A stretch of DNA of 64,000 bases, from assembly GCF_009914755.1 (NCBI RefSeq), contig NC_060937.1, one strand, 5' to 3'. This document shows, in pieces, positions 26,801 through 41,600 of this stretch. Each line of letters opens with the position of its first letter. Position 1 is the first letter of the stretch. The translations under genes were made by a program, and so were the position numbers. The notes beneath the pieces were generated by a model, which did not search any database, was not told where the DNA came from, and worked only from the letters and a program-made list of their open reading frames with translations. This DNA is from the human T2T-CHM13v2.0 reference genome, Homo sapiens.

Positions 26801-28119
26801 TCAATTCCATTCCTTTCCAATCCATGACATTCAACTAGGGTTGAATCCATTGCATTCCATTCCAATCCATTCCTCTCCATTCAATTCCTCTCTGATTCAA
26901 TCTATTCCATTCCATTCCATTCCATTCTGTTCCATTCCGTTCCATTGCATTCCATACCATTCCATTCCACTCGGGATGTTTCCATTCCATTCCATTATAT
27001 TCCGTTTCATTCCATTGCATTCCATTCAATTCCATTGCACTCGGGTTGATTCCATACCATTCCATTCCATTCCACTCCATTCCATTCCATTACACTCCAT
27101 ACATTCCATTCCATTACACCCGGATTGATTCCATTCCATTCCATTCCATTCTATGCTATTCCATCCCAGTTGATTCCATTGGATTCTATTCCGTTCCATT
27201 CCATTCCATTGCATTCCATTCCATTCCATTCCATTCCATTGCATTAGACTCAGGTTGATTCCGCTCCATTCCACTTCATTACATTCCATTTCATTCCACT
27301 CGGGTTGATTCCTTTCCATTCCATTCCTTTCCACTCAGGTTAATTCCATTCCATTCCTTTCCATTTCATGCCTTTCCATTCCATTCCATTCCATTCCGTT
27401 CCATTCCGTTCCATTCTATTCGTGTTTATTTCATTCCATTCCATTCCATTCCACAGCATTCCATTCCATTCCGTTCCGTTCCATTCCATTCGTGTTGTTT
27501 CCATTCCATTCCATTCCATTCCATTCCATTCCATTCCATTCCATTCCATTCCATTCCATTCCTTTCCGTTCCTTTCCATTCGTGTTGATTGCATTCCATT
27601 CCACTCTTTTCCAATCCATGACTTTCAACTGGGTTGAATCCCTTGCATTCCATTCCAATCCATTCCACTCCAGTCAATTCCTCTCGGATTCAATCTATTC
27701 CATTCCATTCCTTTCCGTTCTGTTCCATTCCATTCCATTGCATTCCATACCATTCCATTCCACTCGGGATGATTCCATTCCATTCCATTCCATTCCATTC
27801 CATTCCATTCCATTCCTTTCCATTCCATTCCGTTCCATTTTATTGGTGTTTATTTCATTCCATTCCATTCCATTCCACAGCGTTCCATTCCATTCCGTTC
27901 CGTTCCATTCCATTCGTGTTGTTTCCATTCCACTCCATTACATTACATTCCATTCCACTCGAGTTGATTCTATTCCATTCCATTCCATTCCATTCCATTC
28001 GGGTTCACTCCATGCCATTCAATTCCATTCCGTTCCATTCCATTCCATTCCATTCCATTCCATTGCCTTCCATTCCACTGCATTCCACTCCAATCCATTC
28101 CATTCCATTCCATTCCATT

Positions 28120-29230
28120 CCACTCGGGTTGATTCCATACCTTTGCATTCCATTCCAATCCTTTCATTCCTTTCCTTTCCATTGCATTTCATTCGGGTTG
28201 ATTCCATTCCATTGCTTTCCATTCCATTCCATTGCATGCCTTTCTATTCCATTCCACTCGGGTTGATTCCATTCCATTCTATTCCATTGCATTCCATTCC
28301 ATTCCATTCCATTCCATTCATTTCCATTACACTCGGGTTGATTCCATAGCATTCCATTCCATTCCATTCCATTCCATTCCATTCCATTCCATTCCATCCC
28401 ATTCTGGTTGATTCCATTCTATTCTATTCCATTCCATTCCATTCCATTCCATTCCATTCCATTCCATTCCTTTCCATTCCATTCCGTTCCATTCCATTCG
28501 GGTTGATTCCATGCCATTCCATTCCATTCCATTCCATTCAAATCCATTCCACTCCATTCCATTCCATTCCATTCCCCTCCATTCCATTCCATTCCATTCC
28601 ATTCCACTCGGGTTGATTCCATACCTTTGCATTCCATTCCAATCCTTTCATTCCTTTCCTTTCCATTGCATTTCATTCGGGTTGATTCCATTCCATTGCT
28701 TTCCATTCCATTCCATTGCATGCCTTTCTATTCCATTCCACTCGGGTTGATTCCATTCCATTCTATTCCATTGCATTCCATTCCATTCCATTCCATTCCA
28801 TTCCATTCCATTCATTTCCATTACACTCGGGTTGATTCCATAGCATTCCATTCCATTCCATTCCATTCCATTCCATCCCATTCTGGTTGATTCCATTCTA
28901 TTCTATTCCATTCCATTCCATTCCATTCCATTCCTTTCCATTCCATTCCGTTCCATTCCGTTCCATTCCATTCGGGTTGATTCCATGCCATTCCATTCCA
29001 TTCCATTCCATTCAAATCCATTCCATTCCATTCCATTCCATTCCATTCCATCCCATTCTGGTTGATTCCATTCTATTCTATTCCATTCCATTCCATTCCA
29101 TTCCATTCCTTTCCATTCCATTCCGTTCCATTCCGTTCCATTCCATTCGGGTTGATTCCATGCCATTCCATTCCATTCCATTCCATTCCCCTCCATTCCA
29201 TTCCATTCCATTCCATTCCATTCCATTCCA
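28120..29230 (+). repeat. 484-bp tandem duplication followed by a nested 175-bp duplication
   Basis: GATTCCATACCTTTGCATT at 28131 and 28615; CATCCCATTCTGGTTGATTCCATTCTATTCTATT at ~28395, ~28874 and ~29049. Confidence 0.88.
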
Positions 29231-32200
29231 TTCCAATCCATTCCATTACAATGCATTCCATTCGATTTGATTCTATTCCATTCCATTCCATTCCATTCCA
29301 TTCCACTCCATTGCATTGCATTCCATTGCATTCGGGTTCATTCCATGCCATTCAATTTCGTTCAATTCCGTTCCATTCCATTCCATTCCATTCCATTGCC
29401 TTGCCTTCCATTCCACTGCATTCCATTCAAATTCCATTCCATTCCATTCCATTCCATTCCACTCGAGTTGATTCCATACCTTTCCATTGCATTCCATTCC
29501 CTTCATTCCTTTCCATTCCATTCCATTCCAGTCGGGTTGATTCCATTCTATTGCTTTCCATTCCATTCCATTCCATGCCTTTCTATTCCATTCCACGTGG
29601 GTTGATTCCGTTGCATTCTATTCCATTCCATTGCACTTGGGTTGATTCCATTCCATTCCATTCCATTCCATTCATTTCCATTACACTCCTGTTGATTCCA
29701 TAGCATTCCATTCCATTCCATTCCATTCCATTCCATTCCATTCTGGTTGATTCCATTCTATTCCATTCCATTCCTTTCCATTCCATTCCGTTCCATTCCA
29801 TTCGGGTTGATTCTATTCCATTCCATTCCATTCCATTGCATTCCATCCGATTCGGCTAGATTCCATTCCATTCCATTTCATTCCATTCCATTCCTTTCCA
29901 TTCCCTTCCGTTCCACTCGCGTTAATTCCATTCCGTTCCATTCTATTCGTGTTTATTTCAATCCATTCCATTCCATTCCACAGCATTCCATTCCATTCCG
30001 TTCCATTCCATTCCATTCGTGTTGTTTCCATTCCATTCCATTCCATTCCATTCCATTCCATTCCATTCCTTTCCATTCCGTTCCATTCCATTCGTGTTAT
30101 TTCCATTCCTTTCCATTCCATTCAATTGCATTCCATTCCGTTCCATTCCACTCGGGTTGATTTCATTCCATTCCATTCCATTCCATTCGGGTTCATTCAA
30201 TTCCATTCCATTCCATTCTATTTCATTCCATTCCATTTCATTCCACTGGTGTTTACTCCATTCCACTCCATTCCTTTCCATTCCATTCCATTCCATTCCA
30301 CTCCATTCCAATCCATGACATTCCAATCGGTTTGAAACCATTCCTTTCCATTCCAATCCATTCCATTCCATTCCAATCCATTCCATTCCATTCAATTCCA
30401 CTCGGATTCAATCTATTGATTCCATTCCATTCCGTTCTGTTCCATTCCATTCCATTGCATTGCATACAATCCCATTCCACTCGGGATGACTCCATTCAAT
30501 TCCATTGTATTCTGTTCAATTCCATTGCATTCCATTCCATTCCATTCCACTCTGGTTGATTCCATTCCATTCCTTTCCATTCCATTCCATTCCAGTCGGG
30601 TTGATTCCATTTGATAGCATTCCATTCCATTCAATTCCATTCCATTCCACTCCATTCCATTACATTCTATTCCAATCGAGTAGATTCTATTCCATTCCAT
30701 TCCATTCCATTCCATTCCATTACTTTCGGGTTCATTCCATGCCATTCAATTCCATTTCGTTCCATTCCATTCCATTCCATTCCATTCAATTCCATTCCAT
30801 TCCGTTCCATTCCACTCAGGTTGATTTCATTCCATTCCATTCCATTCCATTCGGGTTCATTCCATTCCATTCCATTCCATTCTATTTCATTCCATTCCAT
30901 TTCATTCCACTGGTGTTTACTCCATTCCACTCCATTCCTTTCCATTCCATTCCATTCCATTCCACTCCATTCCAATCCATGACATTCCAATCGGTTAGAA
31001 ACCAATCCTTTCCATTCCAATCCATTCCATTCCATTCCAATCCATTCCATTCCATTTAATTCCACTCGGATTCAATCTATTGATTCCATTCCATTCCGTT
31101 CTGTTCCATTCCATTCCTTTGCATTCCATACAATCCCATTCCACTCGGGATGACTCCATTCAATTCCATTTTATTCCGTTCAATTCCATTGCATTCCATT
31201 CCATTCCATTGTACTCTGGTTGATTCCATTCCATTCCTTTCCATTCCATTCCATTCCAGTCGGGTTGATTCCATTCCATTCCATTCCATTCCATTCCATT
31301 CCATTCCAGTCGGGTTGATTCCATTCCATTCCATTCCATTCCATTCCATTCCATTCCATTCCATTCCATTACACTCCATTACACTCGAGTTGATTCTATT
31401 CTATTCCATTCCATTCCATTCCATTCCATTCCATTCCGGTTCATTCCATGCCATTCAATTCCATTCCATTCCATTCCATTCCATTGCCTTCCATTCCACT
31501 CCATTCCATTCCATTCCATTCCATTCCATTCCATTCCATTCCACTCCATTCCACTCGGGTTGATTCCATACCTTTCCATTCCATTCCTTTCCATTCATTC
31601 CTTTCCACTCCATTCCATTCCAGTCGGGTTGATTCCATTCCATTGCTTTCCATTCCATTCCATTGCATGTCTTTCTATTCCATTCCACTCGGGTTGATTC
31701 CGTTGCATTCTATTCCATTCCATGGCACTTGGCTTGATTCCATTCCATTCCATACCATTCCATTCCATTCATTTCCATTACAGTCGGGTTGATTCCATAG
31801 CATTCCTTTCCATTTCATTGCATTCCATTCCATTCCACTCCATTCCATTCCATTCCAGTCCATTCCACTCCATTCCATTCCATTCCATTCCACTCCATTC
31901 CATTACATTCCATTCCACTCGAGTTGATTCTATTCCATTCCACTCCATTCCATTCCATTCCATTCCTCTCCATTCAATTCCTCTCTGATTCAATCTATTC
32001 CGTTCCCTTCCATTCCGTTCTGTTCCATTCTGTTCCATTGCATTCCATACCATTCCATTCCACTCGGGATGTTTCCATTCCATTCCATTATATTACGTTT
32101 CATTCCATTGCATTCCATTCCATTCCATTCCACTCGGGTTGATTCCATTCCATTCCATTCCATTCCATTCCATTCCATTCCATTCCATTGCACTCCGGTT

Positions 32201-32679
32201 GATTCCATTCCATTCCATTACATTTTATTCCATTCCATTCCTTTCCATTCCATTGCATTCAATAATATTCCACTCGGGTTGATTCCATACCATTGCTTTC
32301 CATTCCATTCCATTGAATTCCATTCCATTCCATTCCACTCGGGTTGATTGCATGCCATTCCATTCCATTCCATTCCATTCCATTCCATTCCACTCCATTC
32401 CATTCGGGTTGATTCCATTCTATTCCATTCCATTACATTCCATTGCATTCCATTGCATTGCATTCGGGTTCATTCCATGCATTGAATTCCATTCCGTTCC
32501 GTCCCATTCTATTCCATTCCATTCCATTGCATTGCCTTCCATTCCACTCCATTCCATTCCATTCCACTCCATTCCACTCCATTCCATTCCACTCCATTCC
32601 ATTCCACTCCATTCCATTCCATTCCATTCCATTCCACTCCATTCCATTCCATTCCATTCCATTCCATTCCATTCCATTC

Positions 32680-35600
32680 CACTCGGGTTGATTCCAAAGC
32701 TTTCCATTCCATTCCATTCCATTCCCTTCATTCCTTTCCATTCCATTCCATTCCAGTCGGGTTGATTCCATTCCATTGCTTTCCATTCCATTCCATTGCA
32801 TGCCTTTCTATTCCATTCCACTCGGGTTGATTGCGTTGCATTCTATTCCATTCCATTGCACTTGGGTTGATTCCATTCCATTGCATTCCATTCCATCCAT
32901 TCCTTTCCATTCTTTTCCATTACACTCGGGTTGATTCAATAGGATTCCTTTCCATTCCATTCCATTCCATTCCATTCTATTCCATCCCATTCTGGTTGAT
33001 TCCATTCTATTCCATTCCATTCCATTCCATTCCTTTCCATTCCATTCAGGTTGATTCCATTCCATTCCATTCCATCCCATCCTATTTGGGTTGATTCCAT
33101 TCCATTCGATTCCATTCCATTCCACTCCTTTCCATTCCATTCCATTCCATTCCATTCCATTCCATTCTGGTTGATTCCATTCCATTAAATTCCACTGCAT
33201 TCCATTCCATTCCATTCCACTCCATTCCATTCCATTCCACTCCATGCATTCCGTTCCATTCCACCCGGATTGATTCCATTCCATTCCATTCCATTCTATG
33301 CTCTTCCATTACAGTTGATTCCGTTGGATTCCATTCCGTTCCATTCCATTCCACAGCATTCAGTTCCATTCCGTTCCGTTCCATTCCATTCGTGTTGTTT
33401 CTATTCCATTCCACACCATTCTATTCCATTCCATTCCATTCCATTCGGGTTGATTCCATTCCATTCCATTCCATTCCATTCCATGCCATTCCATTCAATT
33501 CCATTCCATTCCACTCCATTCCATTACATTCCATTCCACACGAGTTGATTCTATTCCATTCCATTCCATTCCATTCCATTCCATTCCATTCCATTCCATT
33601 CGGGTTCATTCCATGCCATTCAATTCCATTCCGTTCCGTTCCATTCCATTCCATTCCATTCCATTCCATTCCATTCCATTCCATTCCATTGCCTTCCATT
33701 CCACTCCATTCCATTCCATTCCATTTCATTCCATTCCATTCCATTCCATTCCACTCGGGTTGATTCCATAGCTTTCCATTCCATTGCATTCCATTCATTC
33801 CTTTCCATTCCGTTCCATTCCAGTCGGGTTGATTCCATTCCATTGCTTTCCGTTCCATTCCATTGCATGCCTTTCTATTCCATTCCACTCGGTTTGATTC
33901 TGTTGCATTCTATTCTATTCCATTGCACTTGGCTTGGTTCCTTTCCATTCCATTCCATTTCATTCATTTCCATAACACTCGGGTTGATTTCATAGTATTC
34001 CTTTCCATTTCATTGCATTCATTCCATTCCACTCCATTCCATTCCATTCCAATCCGGTTGATTCCATTCCATTCCATTCCCTTCCACTCGGGTTGATTCC
34101 ATTCCATTCCATTGCATTCCATTCCATACCATTCCTCTCGGGTTGATTCCATACCAATCTATGCTATTCCATTCCATTAAACATCATTCCATTCCATTCC
34201 ACTCGGGTTGATTCCATTCCATTCCATTCCATTCCATTCCATTCCATTGCATTCCATTCCATTCCATTCCATTCTATTCCATTCCAGTCCATTCCGTTCC
34301 ACTCGGGTTGATTCCATACCATTCCATTCCATTCCATTCATTCCTTTAAATTCCATTCCATTCCATTCTGGTTGATTCCATTCCATTCCTTTCCATTCCA
34401 TTTCATTCCATTCCTTTCCATTCCATTCTACTCGGGTTGATTCCGTTGCATTCCATTCCATTCCATTCTATTCCATTCCAGTCCATTCCATTCCACTCGG
34501 GTTGATTCCATACCATTCCATTCCATTCCATTCCATTCCATTCCATTCCATTCCATTCATTCCTTTCTATTCCATTCCATTCCATTCGGGTTGATTCCAT
34601 TCCCTTCCTTTCCATTCCATTTCATTCCATTCCTTTCCATTCCATTCCTCTCGGGTTGATTCCGTTGCATTCCATTGCATTCCATTGCACTTGGGTTGAT
34701 TCCATTCCATTCCATTCCATTCCATTACTTTCCATTCCTTTCCATTCCATTCTGTTCCATTCTGTTCGGGTTGATTCCATTCCATTAAATTCCACTGCAT
34801 TCCATTCCATTCCATTCCAATCCATTCCATTCCATTCCACTCCATACATTCCATTCCTTTCCACCCGGATTGATTCCATTCCATTCTATGCTATTCCATT
34901 CCAGTTGATTCCATTGGATTCCATTCCGTTCCATTCCATTCGTGTTTATTTCATTCCATTCCATTCTATTCCACAGCATTCCACTCCATTACATTCAATT
35001 CCATTCAATTCCACTCCATTCCATTACATTCCATTCCACTCGAGTTGATTCTATTCCATTCCATTCCATTCCAATCCATCCCATTCCATTCCATTCCTTT
35101 CCATTCCATTCATTCCCATTACACTCAGGTTGATTCCATTGTATTGCATTCCATTGTATTGCATTCCATTCCATTCCATTCCATTCCATCCCATTCTGGT
35201 TGATTCCATTCTATTCCGTTCCATTCCATTCCATTCCATTCCTTTCCATTCCATTCCATTCCATTCCATTCCATTCCATTCCATACTTTTCCACTCTGGT
35301 TGATTGCATACCTTTCCATTCCATTCCGTTCCATTCCATTCCTTTCCATACTATTCCACTCTGGTTAATTCCATATCATTCCTTTCCATTCCATTCCAAT
35401 CCATTCCATTCCATTCCAGGTGATTCCTTTGCATTCCATCCTGTTCCATTCCATTCCTTTCCATTCCATTCCACTCGGGTTGATTCCAGTCCATTGCATT
35501 CCATTCCGTTCCTCTCGGGTTGATTCCATTCCATTCTATTCCATTTTATTCCACTCGAGTTGATTCCATTCCATTCCATTCCATTCCATTCCGTTCCACT

Positions 35601-38600
35601 CGGTTTGATTCTATTCCATTCCATTCCACTTTATTCCACTCCCCTAGAGTTGATTCCATTCCATTCCATTCCATTCCATTCCATTCCACTCCATTAGATT
35701 CCATTCCATACCAACCGGATTGATTCCATTCCACTAGATTCCATTCCATTCCATTCCATTCCTTTCCAGATGATTCCATTGGATTCCATTCCATTCCATT
35801 CCATTGCATTCCATTCCATTCCATTCTATTCCACTCGAGTTTTTTCGTCTTCATTCCATTGCATTACATTCCATTTCATTCCACTCGGGTTCATTCCATT
35901 CCTTCCATTCCATTCCATTCCACTCGGGTTAAATCCATTAGATTTCATTCCCTTCCCTTCCATTCCATTCAATTCCACTCGGGTGGATTCCATTGCATTA
36001 CATTCCATTTTATGCCATTCCATTCTGTTCCATTCCATTCCATTCCATACTATTCCACTCTGGTTGATTCCATATCATTCCATTCCATTCCGTTCCATTC
36101 CATTCCATTCCATACTATTCCACTCTGGTTGATTGCATACCATTCCATTCCATTCCATTCCAATCCATTCCATTCCATTCCAGGTGATTCCTTTGCATTC
36201 CATCATGTTCCATTCCATTCCTTTCCATTCCATTCCACTCGGGTTGATTCCATCCCATTGCATTCCATTCTGTTCCTTTCGGGTTTATTCCATTCCATTC
36301 TATTCCATTTTATTCCACTCGAGTTGATTCCATTCCATTCCATTCCATTCCATTGCATTCCATTCCATTCCATTCCATTCCACTCAGGTTGATTCTGCTC
36401 CATTCCATTGCATTCCATTCCATTTCATTCCATTCCATTCGTGTTGAATCCATTTCATTCCATTCCGATCCATTGCATTCCATTCCTTTCCATTTCATTC
36501 CATTCCTTTCCTTTCGGGTTGATTCCATTCCATTCCATTCCATTCCATTCCGTTCCATTCCACTCCATGCCATTCCGTTCCATTCCACCAGGATTGATTC
36601 CATTCCATTGCATTATAATCCATTCCATTCTATTCCTTTCCACTCCGGTTGATTCAATTGCATTCCATTCCATTCCATTCCATTCCAGTTGATTCCAAAG
36701 CCTTGCATTCCATTACATTCCATTGCATTCCATTCCATTCCATTGCATTCCAATCTATTCCATTCCACTCGTTTTCATTCCATTCCACTCCATTCCATTC
36801 CATTCCATTCCATTCCATTCCATTCCACTCGGTTTGATTCCATTCCATTCCATTCCATTCCATTCCATTCCATTCCATTCCATTCCATTCCACTCGGGTT
36901 TATTCCATTCCATTCCATTCCATTCTATTCCATTCCACTCGGGTTTATTAAATTCCGTTCCTTTCCATTTCATTGCATTCCATTCCATTCCACTCCATTC
37001 CATTCCATTCCAATCCGGTTGATTCCATTCCGTTCCATTCCCTTCCACTCGGGTTGATTCCATTCCATTCCATTCCATTTTATTCCATTCCATTCCATTC
37101 CATTGCATTCCATTCCATACCATTCCTGTCGGGTTGATTCCATACCAATCTATTCTATTCCAGTCCATTAACTACATTCCATTCCATTCCACTCGGGTTG
37201 ATTCCATTCCATTCCATTCCATTCCATTCCATTCCATTCCATGCCATTCCATTCCATTCGTGTTGATTCCATTCCATTCCATTCCATTCCATTCCATTCC
37301 ATTCCGTTCCACTCGGGTTGATTCCATTCCATTCCATTCCAATGCATTCCTTTCCATTCCATTCCATTCGGGTTCATTGCATTCCATTCTGTTCCATTCC
37401 GTTCCGTTCCTTTCCATTCCATTCCATTCCATGGCATTCCATTCCATTCCATTCCATTCTATTCCATTCCAGTCCATTCCAATGCATTCCACTCCATACG
37501 TTCCATTCCATTCCACCCGGATTGATTCCATTCCATTCCATTCCATTCTATGCTATTCCATTCCAGTTGATTCCGTTGGATTCCATTCCGTTCCATTCCA
37601 TTCCATTCCATTCCATTCCATTCCATTCCATTCCATTCCACTCGGGTTGATTCCATTCCATTCCATTCCATTCTTTTCCATTCCACTCGGGTTTATTAAA
37701 TTCCGTTCCTTTCCATTTCATTGCATTCCATTCCATTCCACTCCATTCCATTCCATTCCAATCCGGTTGATTCTATTCCATTCCATTCCCTTCCACTCGG
37801 GTTGATTCCATTCCATTCCATTCCATTTTATTCCATTCCATTCCATTCCATTTCATTCCATTCCATACCATTCCTGTCGGGTTGATTCCATACCAATCTA
37901 TTCTATTCCATTCCATTAACTACATTCCATTCCATTCCACTCGGGTTGATTCCATTCCATTCCATTCCATTCCATTCCATTCCATGCCATTCCATTCCAT
38001 TCGTGTTGATTCCATTCCATTCCATTCCATTCCATTCCATTCCATTCCATTCCGTTCCACTCGGGTTGATTCCATTCCATTCCAATCCATTCCTTTCCAT
38101 TCCATTCCATTCGGGTTCATTCCATTCCATTCTGTTCCATTCCATTCCGTTCCTTTCCATTCCATTCCATGGCATTCCATTCCATTCCATTCCATTCTAT
38201 TCCATTCCAGTCCATTCCAATCCATTCCACTCCATACATTCCATTCCATTCCACCCGGATTGATTCCATTCCATTCCATTCCATTCTATGCTATTCCATT
38301 CCAGTTGATTCCGTTGGATTCCATTCCGTTCCATTCCATTCCATTCCATTCCATTGCTTTCCATTGCATTCGACTCAGGTTGATTCCACTCCATTCCATT
38401 GCATTACATTCCATTTCATTCCACTCGGGTTTATTCCTTTCCATTCCATTCCGTTCCACTCGGGTTAATTCCATTCCGTTCCTTTCCGTTACATTCCATT
38501 CCATTCCATTCCATTCCTTTCCATTCCATTCCGTTCCATTTTATTGGTGTTTATTTCATTCCATTCCATTCCATTCCACAGCTTTCCATTCCAATCCGTT

Positions 38601-41600
38601 CCATTCCATTCCATTCCGTTCCATTCCATTCCATTCGTGTTGTTTCCATTCCAATCCATTCCATTACATTCCATTCCACTGGAGTTGATTCTATTCCATT
38701 CCATTCCATTCCATTCCACTGGAGTTGATTCTATTCCATTCCATTCCATTCCATTCCATTCGGTTTCATTCCATGCCATTCAATTCCATTCCGTTCCATT
38801 CCATTCCATTCCATTCCATTCCATTCCATTCCATTCCATTGTATTGCCTTCCATTCCACTCCATTCCATTCCATTCCATTCCATTCCATTCCACTCCATT
38901 CCATTAAATTCCATTCCATTCGATTTGATTCTATTCCATTCCATTCCATTCCATTCCATTGCATTCCATTGCAGTCGGGTTCATTCCATGCCATTCAATT
39001 CCGTTCCATTCCATTCCATTCCATTCCATTCCATTCCATTCCACTCGGGTTGATTCCATACCTTTGCATTCCATTCCAATCCTTTCATTCCTTTCCTTCC
39101 CATTGCATTTCATTCGGGTTGATTCCATTCCATTGCTTTCCACTCCATTCCATTGCATGCCTTTCCATTCCATTCCACTTGGGTTGATTCCGTTGCATTC
39201 TCTTCCATTCCATTGCACTTGGGTTGATTCCATTCCATTCCATTCCATTCCATTCCATTCCATTCCATTCCATTAATTTCCATTACACTCGTGTTGATTC
39301 CATAGCATTCCATTCCATTCCATTCCATTCCATTCCATTCCATTCCATCCCATTCTGGTTGATTCCATTCTATTCTATTCCATTCCATTCCATTCCATTC
39401 CAATCCATTCCACTCCATTCCATTCCATTCCATTCCCCTCCATTCCATTCCATTCCATTCCATTCAATTCCACTCCATTCCATTACAATCCATTCCATTC
39501 GATTTGATTCTATTCCATTCCATTCCATTGCATTCCATTGCAGTCGGGTTCATTCCATGTCATTCAATTCCGTTCCATTCCGTTCCATTCCATTCCATTC
39601 CATTCCATTTCCTTGCCTTCCATTCCACTCCATTCCATTCCATTCCATTCCATTCCATTCCATTCCATTCCACTCGAGTTGATTCCATACCTTTCCATTC
39701 CATTCCATTCCCTTCATTCCTTTCCATTCCATTCCATTCCAGTCGGGTTGATTCCATTCTATTGCTTTCCATTCTATTCCATTGCATGCCTTTCTATTCC
39801 ATTCCACGTGGGTTGATTCCGTTGCATTCTATTCCATTCCATTGCACTTGGGTTGATTCCATTCCATTCCATTCCATTCCATTCCATTCATTTCCATTAC
39901 ACTCGGGTTGATTCCATAGCATTCCATTCCATTCCATTCCATTCCATTCCATTCTGGTTGATTCCATTCTATTCCATTCCATTCCTTTCCTTTCCATTCC
40001 ATTCCATTCCATTCGGGTTGATTCTATTCCATTCCATTCCATTCCATTGCATTCCATCCCATTCGGCTAGATTCCATTCCATTCCATTCCTTTCCATTCC
40101 ATTCCGTTCCACTCGGGTTAATTCCATTCCAGTTCCATTCTATTCGTGTTTATTTCATTCCATTCCATTCCATTCCACAGCATTCCATTCCATTCCTTTC
40201 CGTTCCATTCCATTCGTGTTGTTTCCATTCCATTCCATTCCATTCCATTCTATTCCATTCCTTTCCATTCCATTCCATTCCATTCCATTCCATTCCATTC
40301 GGGTTGATTCCACTCCATTCCATTCCATTGCATTCCTTTCCATTGCATTCCATTCGGGTTCATTCCATTCCATTCCGTTCCATTCCATTCCATTCCTTTC
40401 AATTCCATTCCATTCCATTCCATTCCATTCCATTCCATTCCATTCCATCCCATTCCATTCATTTCCATTACAGTCGGGTTGATTCCATACCATTCCATTC
40501 CATTCCATTGAATTCCATACCATTCCATTACACTCGGGTTGATTCCATCCCATTCCATTCCATTCCATTCCATTCCATTCCATTCCATTCGGGTTGATTC
40601 CATTCCATTCCATTCGATTCCATTCCATTCCATTCCATTCCATTCGGGTTGATTACATTCCATGCCATTCAATTCCATTCCGTTCCATTCCATTCCATTC
40701 CATTCCATTCAATTGCATTGCCTTCCATTCCACTCCATTCCATTGCATTCCATTCCATTCCATTCCATTCCATTCCAGTCGGGTTGATACCTTTCCATTC
40801 CATTCCATTCCATTCCATTCCACTCCATTCTATTCCATTCCATTCCACTCGAGTTGATTTTATTCCATTCCATTCCTTTCCATCCCATTCCATTCCATTC
40901 TATTCCATTCCATTCCATTGCCTTCCATTGCATTCGTGTTGATTCCACTCCATTCCATTCCACTCCATTCCACTCAATTCCATTCCTTTCCAATCCATGA
41001 CATTCAACTAGGGTTGAATTCATTGCATTCCATTCCAATCCATTCCCCTCCATTCAATTCCTCTCTGATTCAATCTATTCCATTCCGTTCCATTCCGTTC
41101 TGTTCCATTCCGTTCCATTGCATTCCATACCATTCCATTCCACTCGGGATGTTTCCATTCCATTCCATTATATTCCGTTTCATTTCATTGCATTCCATTC
41201 AATTCCATTCCACTCGGGTTGATTCCATACCATTCCATTCCATTCCATTCCATTCCATTCCATTCCATTCATTCCTTTCCATTCCATTCCTTTCATTCGG
41301 GTTGATTCCATTCCATTCCTTTCCATTCCATTTCATTCCATTCCTTTCCATTCCCTTCCACTCGGGTTGATTCCGTTGCATTCCATTCCATTCCATTCCA
41401 CTCGGGTAGATTCCATTCCATTCCATTCCATTACATTCCGTTCCGTTCCATTCCATTCCATTCCATTTCATTCCATTCCATTCCACTCGGGATGATTCCA
41501 TTAAATTCCATTATATTCCGTTCAATTCCATTGCATTCCATTCCATTCCATTCCACTCGGGTGGATTCCATTGCATTCCATTCCATTCCATTCCACTCGG

